Part shown: positions 49,001 to 57,769 of the stretch, one piece after another
Numbering within the stretch: the first letter of the stretch is position 1
Layout: each line of letters begins with the position of its first letter
Source of the DNA: Phoronis australis
Taxonomy: Eukaryota; Animalia; Phoronida
Reading direction: 5' to 3'
Length of the DNA: 64,000 bases
Assembly (NCBI GenBank): GCA_002633005.1
Contig: NMRA01000401.1
Span: 1-64,000, forward strand
The notes under the pieces: model-generated
Databases searched by the model: none
Told to the model about the DNA's origin: nothing
What the model saw: only the letters and a program-made list of their open reading frames with translations
Translations under genes and position numbers: made by a program

Positions 49001-52000
49001 GAAATACCATATCAACCAGTTTAGTAAACCACTAATATTATGATTGCTGAAGAAAACTGTGTTTTGGAGAAGATGGTTTGAAAATGGTGTTTACTCAGAC
49101 CTACTAGACGAGCATGGATACTTGTTATCTTTTGATGATTTTTGCAAAAAGTTCAATTTTAGACCAAAGTTTTTGAATTTTTATGAGCTCAGAGAGGCTG
49201 TTTGTCAAGAATGGAATATCTCAAAAAGAGACAAATTTTCCTTCTAAGCACCCTTTATCACAATTTTTGTGAAATAATTACTTGCAGACGAAAAGGGCAC
49301 GAAACATATATACAACACCTTTGTGCTACACAAATATTCTAGACCTAGGCCCAAGATGAGGTGGCAGGCAGAACTTGCTATACAGGACACAACTGAATGG
49401 TGGAAAAATTCCTACCTTGTGAACTTTACACTTCATGGGAACTTTCGATGGTTTCAATTTAGACTGTCATATAGGATAATCAGCTGTAACTCTTATCTTG
49501 TTAAATTAGGGTTAGTAACTCCCCCTTGTGTACGTTTTGTAAGATTGAACCCGAGACTTTGCTTCACTTGTGCTGGCAACGTGATGTGGTTCAAAGTTTT
49601 TAGAACAATGTTGACGATTGGGTCAGAAAAAACACAATATTTCCCTGGGTGCAAATGTACTTACAGTTTTCTTTGGAAACAAATGTAGAAGCCAGCCAAT
49701 TTAAAATTTAATCTTGTGTCTTTGCAAGTTCCATTTAAACAAGGAACGTCTCAATAGTAATCCTCCAAATTCAATTATATTAACAAAAGAAATTGAAAAA
49801 TACATCTATTCAAAAAACTTAGAAATATAAATGTTTACAAATAGATGGTAACAAATGCATAATCTAATAGCAACGTAAGGATATTTCATCACTCCAAAAT
49901 ACTCTTTCCCTTTTTCAGAGGCATATACGTGTGCACTGTCTCAGTTGTATATTTTATATAGGTATTTCTAAAATCCAGTTCAAGTATACTTTCAGCTTGA
50001 ATTGTAAAGTAAGACAAGGGAATGCCAGACACTTGTCCTTGCTTATGTTGAACTGGGAGAGTAAAAACGTTTGAAAAAAAAAGATTTTCTGTCTTGAAAT
50101 ACCTGATGAAACTCCGCTAGATTAGATTTTTGGTCTTGTAGAGAATTCCACAGACAAATTTTCTACTTGCTTCTAATAATTCCATGTCATGATCGGAGTT
50201 TTGTCTTTCCACTTTCTCAGCCCTTAATATGCTATAATTTTGTTCTTACGCTCTCGTTCGTCTTCACTTACTTGGGCAGATTCTCCGCATAACTTGTATT
50301 TGCAGCGCGAGCTTGTCCAGGTCTGTTGCTTGAACCTTCTTCCGGTACCGGTGGAGCGGTTTGGACGCTATGAAGGCCAGCAGATATTTTGCAGCTTTTC
50401 CAAAGCCTAAGGCGAATGTCACTATACCGTGAATGTGGTTGTTCCTGCCTTCTACTTTCATGGAGTGAACGTCGTAAGGAAATCCTGAAAAATACAAAGG
50501 GAAGCCAGACCGCTTGACTCGACTTCACCAACGTCATTCCATGAAAAGGACAACACGGACACGGGAGATGTAGAATTTTATGTTTTTAGCATTAGTGAAC
50601 TACAAAGTCTGTTTCAACAGGTGATGCGTGACTTAGTATTTGCCCATGGAAATATACAATTCGAAAAAACGTGACCAGAAATGGCGCCACTTTCCGGTTA
50701 GGGGGCACATGACATTTGCCGGAAGTAAAACGGCGACTTACATTAGGCGCCGCTGGTAAATACAGTATTCTCCGCCAATAGAGTTAGTCGTACCTCGTGC
50801 ATATGATCACAGATTTTGTCCATTGAGAACATACAAAGTTTGCGGTCCGTGTTCTATAGTCTGTGGTACGTGTAAGAATTCCATACGCGAAGTCGCTTTC
50901 GAGGCAGGTTCATTGGCTACAACCCATTTCATCAAGCTGTAAACATTAGCTCGTGGGACGTACTGAGAACTACCTTTGGGTGACAGCGACCTTAGGTAAG
51001 TGTGTATAACAAACCCCAGCATTTCAGCGGGTATGTTGAAAAAACGATGAAAACAGCGATCAAAATAGCGATTAAAATGACCGTGTAACGTGGAGAAAAG
51101 AGAGAGATATTACTATGAAAATTGAAAATTCATATATTGTGACAAAGAGAAGCGTATCGGCAAATTTAAAGTTCCCTACCGTCCGTCATGACAACGAGAA
51201 TAGTAGGTACCCGTTTCCTTGCTTGTTCAATGATCATTTCTCGTACTTTCTTCAGGGCTGGTCCCATGTTAGTCCTGGACCCACCCGTGAATACCAAGTC
51301 CTTAATAGTCTTCAAAACCTTCTCCTTATCCCCAGTGAGGTCAAGTTCCCTCTTGAAACCTTCTGCGAACGATGCAATAGCAACGCGTCCGCGACGGCGT
51401 TTGATGCATAGCCTTTTGACAATTTCAGCCGTGAACTTTCGCATTCTTTCAAACTCGTTGTCACCGAGACTACCCGACATATCCAAAAGAAAAAAGATGT
51501 CTGCTTTTTTCCTGCATCTACATCCTGAAAAGTAAACGGGTTTAAATTTGATATACGCCCGTCAAAAACAAATTTGATTAATTAGACAACTGGTTTCAAC
51601 TTGGTCTTCACTCAGACCATAAATGGTTTTGGGCATCAACAGATAGGCGGGTATATTCATTAGGCAAATCTGATCTTGAAAAACTGTCAATTCGTCATTG
51701 ACATGAGACCATGCTTGACCCACCATGATACGACTTGTAGACACTAGAGGTCGAGCAATAACGAGCGGCCATTTCTCCCCAACCCCCAAATCACCAAGTT
51801 CAGTTAGGAACAAGGTTAGACAGTGACCACCGTCTCCAGCTGGCCTCAGTAGAGGCGGTGGAGCTTCATTCGCTGGACGCGTGTCTGTAATTACTTCAAC
51901 TCGAACAAACACTTCTATAATCAAACTTTTTCTTCGAGCAGTCCTTCGTTCAGTTGCCCAACTCGGTAACTGGTCATTTTTATCACTGCACGCGCTCCTG

Positions 52001-52662
52001 GCGAGCGCGGTAAAATTAGTTCCTTCGTCGTCTCTACTGGCGCGAGCTAGAGAAGGTGGCCACTGTCTACAACAAGGTTTGACTAATTTCATACAAAGAG
52101 ATCTGTAAATCAAAATTTAGTTTCCGTACTTTGTTTCAATTTTCCAATGAAACCAAAGCTGCATTATATTGAATATGACAAGATTTGGGGATCCAACTGC
52201 CAAAATGGTGTTCTGTATACTGTTGCCATTGCGAGATTTCGTAAAATATTTCAACGCTTTAAACACGAGTTAGAGTGGATTTCTTAGCGGGAGGTTTCAT
52301 CTTTCTCTTTTTAAATTAGTCAGACCGGGTTGTTGAACCTGGGACATGCTTCTAACAGCAACAAACTTTCGTTGAAAATTACACGCAAAATTGTCGGGTT
52401 TCATGATCCATTGCCTTTTTATGAGCTATTCATAAATTCACTAGACATTTTTATTGATCATTTTGAGATCCTGATATGTCCGAAAAATAGTTTTCCATTT
52501 TTTGGATTGGCAAACCAAGTTTTTTAACGTCTTCAACATTTCAGTTGTTTCCTAATATTGTTAACGTTACAATGGAAGATTACCTGTTCCAGCGGTGGCT
52601 GGACAAGACAAAAACACTATTGCCAACAGAACCGGAAGCAGGAGCACTCGAGGAGGCAGCAT
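33892..52662 (-). CDS. Secreted VWA-VWD-C8-TIL-TILa protein (FCGBP/zonadhesin/alpha-tectorin-related), 10 coding exons, ~620 aa
   Basis: Exons 52584-52662, 51180-51524, 50272-50484, 43670-43929, 42587-42796, 42022-42152, 40574-40665, 39558-39740, 37256-37458, 33892-34038; all GT-AG, phases compatible, total 1863 nt, no internal stop. Confidence 0.9.
34192..35036. mobile_element. Non-autonomous TIR element (ctcgctggttccctgcgtgc termini) with a nested MITE
   Basis: Aligns along its length to 57197-57769 except for the insert at 34501-34657. Confidence 0.8.
34501..34657 (-). mobile_element. hAT-type MITE nested in the TIR element
   Basis: Reverse complement of the 10043-10198 family; agtatt on both flanks. 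Confidence 0.8.
35660..36830 (-). mobile_element. RTE-clade LINE 5' remnant (5' UTR plus decayed AP endonuclease)
   Basis: ASWNVRT...ALQETRLPSDGSLREKDYT...IHAPTL...WPHPRSRNWHQLD...SADCDTDHS fragments with frameshifts. Confidence 0.8.
37256..37458 (-). CDS. VWA-VWD gene exon 9: TIL domain
   Basis: KCGANAKY...SCPATC...EGCQCKADY...CIHKDQCGC; cag/gtaatt. Confidence 0.93.
38664..39002. mobile_element. Harbinger-type MITE (ggggcccgtt...aactgacttaag family)
   Basis: Inverted GGGGCC termini; second copy at 54860-55108. Confidence 0.7.
39558..39740 (-). CDS. VWA-VWD gene exon 8: C8 domain
   Basis: VFGQC...FDDCVYDVC...CAELDSFANIC...WREELDC; tag/gtaagt. Confidence 0.93.
40574..40665 (-). CDS. VWA-VWD gene exon 7: linker and start of C8
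   Basis: CVSPGLTPMNCSSMAHHKARGLCAPLKDRNG; phase 2 in, phase 1 out, as the flanking exons require. Confidence 0.85.
40991..41123. repeat. Tandem pair of short MITE-derived units (ggcgcaccatagggggctgggg...)
   Basis: Two ~70-bp-period units related to 14006-14090. Confidence 0.55.
42022..42152 (-). CDS. VWA-VWD gene exon 6: end of VWD
   Basis: DDAILRNG...RPRTKRNR...VESWLV; cag/gtgagt. Confidence 0.85.
42277..42429 (+). mobile_element. hAT-type MITE (10043 family)
   Basis: caggggcggatccagg...atccgccactg termini and shared interior. Confidence 0.8.
42587..42796 (-). CDS. VWA-VWD gene exon 5: VWD
   Basis: VNGKLVVLP...TDFGLRVQY...YRRKVCGLCGNYN; cag/gtaagt. Confidence 0.93.
43670..43929 (-). CDS. 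VWA-VWD gene exon 4: start of VWD with GDPH
   Basis: GYCLVTGDPHIKQIDG...GLCTYTLVKTC; tag/gtaagt. Confidence 0.93.
45200..45709 (+). pseudogene. LINE ORF1p remnant (L1-type RRM/CTD)
   Basis: SKRYNLLLFGI...CHRL...RAIILKF...DRNNIL...AVRTDMP pattern. Confidence 0.8.
46223..49870 (+). pseudogene. LINE ORF2 (AP endonuclease plus reverse transcriptase), frameshifted
   Basis: Collinear ORF fragments carrying endonuclease and RT motifs. Confidence 0.9.
50272..50484 (-). CDS. VWA-VWD gene exon 3: VWA C-terminal part
   Basis: GIVTFALGFG...LAFIASKP...RRICP; cag/gtaagt. Confidence 0.9.
51180..51524 (-). CDS. VWA-VWD gene exon 2: VWA N-terminal part with MIDAS
   Basis: ADIFFLLDMSGS...RVAIASFA...GGSRTNMG...ILVVMTDG. 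Confidence 0.93.
51817..52069. mobile_element. MITE with ~40-bp TIRs (tagacagtgrccacc...) and flanking direct repeat aacaaggt, hAT-like
   Basis: Inverted termini; aacaaggt at 51809-51816 and 52071-52078. Confidence 0.8.
52584..52662 (-). CDS. VWA-VWD gene exon 1: signal peptide MLPPRVLLLPVLLAIVFLSCPATAGT
   Basis: ATG 52662, hydrophobic core with A-T-A cleavage motif, gtaatc donor; acceptor at 52681 implies an upstream non-coding exon. Confidence 0.85.
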
Positions 52663-54314
52663 ACTGAGTTATGAGGAGACCTGGAAAAGAATGAGGTGGC
52701 ACGTGCGAGCATGCGTCATAATGTCATTTGCATGTGGGATTTTATATACAGGGCAACAACTACTGATTTAGGCAATAGTAATGCATTTATATTGCACACT
52801 GCGGTGTGTTTCGTGAAAAGTAACTTTAGACTTCGTCAGTTAGCCTTGCGCACCTTGTTTTCGAAAAAAAAAATCAGTTTAGTAAAAGCACAAAGGCTCT
52901 AAGAATATATCCATAATTGCAAGTTACAGAGATCAACAGTATAAAGCAGTAGTTCTAGATTGTGATATATTAATAATACATGGTTTAAGCCTTGTTCAGT
53001 AATTGTGAATGGAGGCTTATGGCCAAATTCTCACTAAAGTCTCAAGCCACTTCTGATCACTGGAAACTGTTTTATGAAGGTGCTGCAGAGTTAGAACAGA
53101 AACTTGGTCTGAGCCGCCCACTTCGCAATTGTCGAAAAACGGGTTGGCTATTATGAGCGCGACACAGTCCTGAAATAATTTACAGGAAAAAAATCTCAGT
53201 GACTAGCAGTTGGAGACTGCGTTTTTGCTCAAGGAAGATTGAATTATTTTTCGAAAATAGTTGCGTGGAGCGTTAGACCAAGTTTCCAACTCAAGACTTA
53301 AGTCAGTTTTCATGAGGAGTCTCCGGGATGACCTGCATGACGTAACTAGGATGACATGCATGACGTAACCAGGAAAACTAGTGACGTTCACTGACGTAAA
53401 CTGCAAACATTCCCTAGCAGGTGGGTGTAATTCAAAAGGCTAGAACTAAAAACCTGATTCTGTAAAGGTAAAGTGAAATCTTCTCAGCGAAATATCTAGA
53501 AAATATAAAATTCAACTCAGTGAAATTATATATTTTTTGAATATGGAAAGTCTGCACAATGATATCCTTGGGCTTTATAAGCCGTTATCTGCCTCAAGTG
53601 ACGATGTCGTTTTAGAAAAATTAAACCCAAAGGTACATTATTCATAGCAAAACCATGGCATCGATGAAACATCAAACCGCTGTTAATTTTCTTTTTCTAA
53701 ATTATGAATTCGATTTTTAACGAAAATCATACAAGTCATACATTTGAGAGCTCTCCGTGCAAAATTGGAACATTTCAGAAACAATTTGTAACAGTGCTCT
53801 GAAGAAAAGTGCATATATCCGGAAGTTTCACTTGGATCCAATGAGTCATTTCTGAGATAGGGTGTTCCCAAATAAGTCAAATTTAAGGAGATGTTCATTA
53901 AACAAATTTTGGTATTTTTTCTAGAGGCCCACGTAACATTAAACATAATGCTTTGACTCAACCCTAACTCCGGCTACGTGATCATGAAGTGATATAAACA
54001 GCGAGAACCTTACCTTGTGAAAAAGCGTGACAAAACTTCGATCTGCAATGAAGTTTTTCGTCAATCACATTAAATACATATCCGAACATCAAAGCGCCGA
54101 GATAGGCGCCACCTGGACTTGGTAATCTATTTCAAACAGTTTGACGGAGAAGTTGAGATGAAACGACTGCGTTCGATAACAATTAATCGTATTTCACGCA
54201 GGTATAAAGGGAGTGTTCCAGCTCAGGCGTTCAACATTTGACAGAAATCACGTTCTTCAATAATCATGAAAACTTCCGAGACAAACAGAAAGTAAACAAA
54301 CTTGACGGAAATAA

Positions 54315-54530
54315 CATCTTAGTCTTTTAAATGACTTATTGTTATTAAAATGACCTAAACAAAAATTCTTTTTCGAGACTCAGGAGTGGTATCCCCTATG
54401 TTAATACGGAGGGGGGCACGCTCCGGCCCGACCATCGCCAAGAGCAGGCCCCTTACAGGGGACTCCACTTTGAGGCTCGAGAACGGATTTCTTGCCTTTT
54501 TGATTTTAATTAGAATAAGTCATTCAAGAT
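54315..54530. repeat. Imperfect ~215-bp fold-back palindrome (MITE-like)
   Basis: aatgacttatt/aataagtcatt outer arms and tcgagactca..agtgg..tcccct/aggggactccact..gaggctcga inner arms. Confidence 0.6.
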
Positions 54531-54859
54531 GATAAGCTGTTAAATTCATTCTGTGTGTTTGCTACAGTTGAATACATACTCCAAACGAGAAATGTATCGA
54601 TTTGCAATGGTATTCATACAATCATGTTTCCATTAAAGTGACATTTCGGAGACAATAAAGCATAATAAAATGCACAAAGCTGAGCAGAATTGCCTGAACT
54701 TACATTACTTACTGTTTTAGGAACATCGCATCGAAGGTACGTCGATTTCCTTACATTTTTCTCTTGGTTTTATTTTGTAAGATTCTGGGAGGCCATTGGA
54801 TCTCCACTTCCCCGCTGTTGAGCCATGTGACGTCAGAATACCGCTTTTCTTAGAGTCCA

Positions 54860-55108
54860 GGGGCCCGTTCCAACAAAACAGACTTAGCTAAGACAAATCT
54901 TAAAATTTTAGTAAATTTTAAAATACAAGTTAAATTTGTCTCAAAACCAATTCAAGAAAGAGATCTAAAGTTCGGCTTAAGTGTGTGACATAATTTTTGT
55001 CTTAATTTTGACTAACTTACCGAATGTGGAAGTTTCAAAGTTTGGAATTCAAGACAAATCTTAAACTTAAGCAAAATGAACTTAAGTCAGTTTCTTGGAA
55101 CAGGCCCC
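54860..55108. mobile_element. Harbinger-type MITE (same family as 38664-39002)
   Basis: ggggcccgttccaa...ttggaacaggcccc termini. Confidence 0.75.
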
Positions 55109-55467
55109 TGACGTGATGTCCAAAACAAAGTATTCTGGTAAACAGATAGGTTATAGGGAAAGGGGGACGTTTATTCACAAGCATAATATGTAAAAACATA
55201 AACAAAATTACAGTGCGGGTGATCACAGAGACAGCTTGAAACTATTCCATTGTGTATCGATTATGCCGACTGGCCGAGGTCATTCGAAAGGCATGTTCAA
55301 TCGGCTACTTTGTAATTTGTGAAGAATTAACGTTGATACGTTTTGACAATCGTTGTTACAAAAAAGAAACTTTGTTCAATTTTCATGTTTTTTGTGTTTG
55401 TGGCCAGCGACCAGTTAGGCCTAAGGGTAGTCTTGGCGCAAAGCTTTATAGGCCTACTAACAAGCTG

Positions 55468-55709
55468 TATTTTGCCATAGTCTTCACTGGTAGCTGGTGA
55501 CTGAGGCTAACTAAGGTCTACCGCGGCAGTGTGACACAGGACTAACCAGCCCGTAATTTCATGCAAGTGTCTGAAACTAAGCAGCATTTATCATTTGACC
55601 ATTTTACTTCGACAAAACAGCTTGCAACCGCATGCGTTTACCGTTCGCCAGTGTCTGGTCTCGATCCGCACCGGGTCCGATAGGCTGCGGTCCCGAGTAT
55701 GGCAAAATA
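55468..55709. mobile_element. Small TIR element (tattttgccata...tatggcaaaata)
   Basis: 12-bp perfect inverted termini. Confidence 0.4.
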
Positions 55710-56005
55710 ATTTCTGCCAAAATTTATTCGCCACATTTCTTCAGCAAATTCCATAAAATTGTCCGTAGTTAGTTTTATCAAAATTAAGGCGCGCTGTCGA
55801 TTATTTTATCCCCGTTTGCTGGCTGGTAACGCGTGAGAGAAGGACTTTAAGTTACATCGTTGGTCAAAACTACAAAAAATCAAGCCAACACGAAAACAAT
55901 ATCCCAAATGCGTTATTTTTCGGCCGTAAACGCTATCAGAAATATTGTCTTACCTCGGCTAAATCTTAAATATTGAGTTGACGGCTATAGTATGACACGT
56001 AAAAC

Positions 56006-56304
56006 CAGGGGCAGATCCAGGATTTTGAGTCAGTGGGGGCCAGGGCACAGGAATAACTAGAATTTCGCCTCTTGCTCGCGTCCAGCCTAAAATGTAGGGA
56101 TGCAGGAGGTCGAATTTTTGGGTTTGTTTACCTTATTACTAAAAAACAAGCGGGGTTTGTTCAATGCCTATGCATTGTGCATTTGCCCCCGAGCACCCCT
56201 GAGTGCGGGCATATGCTAATCAGCACCCCGAACTGCCAAATGGAATCTGGGAGAATTTTAGAGGGGCCATGGCCCCCTTGCCCCGCCTCCCAAATCTGCC
56301 ACTG
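56006..56304 (+). mobile_element. hAT-type MITE, longer variant of the 10043 family
   Basis: Same termini and 3' half, ~140 extra internal bp. Confidence 0.75.
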
Positions 56305-57196
56305 AAGACACACATGAATGGATTATTGTCCTGTGTTTAACATAGAATATCAAAGTATAAATCATTTCCAAAATTCAAATGTTTTAATTGGAAATTCGTT
56401 CAGGATTGAGAATCTATGGGAGTATTTGTTTCAAGTGAGGCGACTTCAACCACAACGTCTCAGATTTCTAACAGCCGAGTATTTGAAACTGCAACAACTA
56501 GTGTTTTTTACGGTTACGCTGCTTTATGTAATGTGAAAACAACCTTCATATGGTCAAATAGTAGTGGGGAAATCAGGGCTTCTTGACCGGAAGAACGAAG
56601 GCTTGCTTTCAATTAAACTGCGTGTTACATTGGGTGGCGAAATAACTTCGCAGCGGATAATATCAACTGAAACTCGTAAATTGATGACCTTTGATCTGAA
56701 GAAATTTTGAATAACATTATTAAAAGCTAGATAGTTATCGAACGGTCGGCAGCTAGGGTGCAAATTGCGGTTAAATTACACTGGTACTTCTCAGAAAGTG
56801 ACAAATTAAAACACTGTCAAAAAATATTGTTTTGTCGAGGGAAAACATCCGTCTTCTGGTGGTGAAATCACTACATATCGTAAATAGGCCCGTCTTCATT
56901 AAACACAGACCTGTACGATTGGTCTAAAATAGTCTCGGGCTCCGACTGAATGGATGTTTTCCGAGCTAAGAAGAGCGGACTTTTCGTCACTGTTTGAAGC
57001 CATCTTTGAGCCTTAGTCAAGCAACAACGAAATTCCAGTTCTTTCCACGTCTAGAAATCACGTCAAGTATGAGTTACGAACAATCGTTAAGATCAAAAAA
57101 GCAACTTGATTGCAGCTTTAACAATAGCTTCGTGCACGCGCAGGTCCATAGGGGGCGTGAGAGACAGGGCACGTTGACGTACACGTACTGCCGCCC

Positions 57197-57769
57197 CTCG
57201 CTGGTTCCCTGCGTGCCGCTAGGTGGGGCGGTAGCCGCGCCAGCACGCAGGTATCACTTAAATTTCCTCTGTAAATTTTTTTACACCGGCGTTTCTGATT
57301 GGCTAGTCGATTCGTCAACAGGCAGCGCTTTGCGCAAACAAACTGGCATGGCTGATGGACTGAAGTGTAAATGTGGTCTGTTGTACAGACAAACCGGTGC
57401 TTAAAATTATGTTCAGGAAATGTGAAGCCTAGAAATTATGATTGAGCCTTTTCGGAATGCATCTTTCTACTGTCGATGACTTTTGTTTACGATAGTGTCC
57501 TTATACAGTATGAATAACACACCGTAATATGTGTTTATTGTGCATGTATGTGCTTCAAGCACGCGTCTATTAAACATCACTGCACAAACGAAATAGTTGC
57601 TGCGACGCCACTTGCATGACAAGGCTAAAATCATTCACAGTCTGCCATTTTTTCACGGTGTTGTAAAGCTAACCAATGACTGCCAAGATTACATCGACCA
57701 ATGCTAAAGCGCGTGCCACTGCGTGATACCTGCGTGCTGGCTGGGCTAAGCACGCAGGGAACCAGCGAG
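57197..57769. mobile_element. Non-autonomous TIR element with 20-bp perfect TIRs and 10-bp flanking direct repeat actgccgccc
   Basis: ctcgctggttccctgcgtgc / gcacgcagggaaccagcgag; direct repeat at 57187-57196 and 57770-57779. Confidence 0.85.

Larger units (their letters stand above)
45130..50082 (+). mobile_element. Decayed near-full-length L1/Tx1-clade LINE in intron 3 of the VWA-VWD gene, antisense to the host; 5' end uncertain (may reach ~44130)
   Basis: ORF1 remnant 45200-45709; ORF2 46223-~49870 with endonuclease (SLNCKGL, CGDWN, SRLDFF, DHS) and RT (PGPDG, WRPISLLN, DFEKAFD, QGDPLSP, YADY) motifs; many frameshifts; A-tail 50074-50082. Confidence 0.92.

Noticed and set aside
51562-52113. 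183-aa minus-strand ORF as an extra exon of the VWA-VWD gene
   Set aside because: Overlaps a MITE with TIRs and TSD; the candidate acceptors tested give stops in the required phase; exon 1 splices cleanly to 51524
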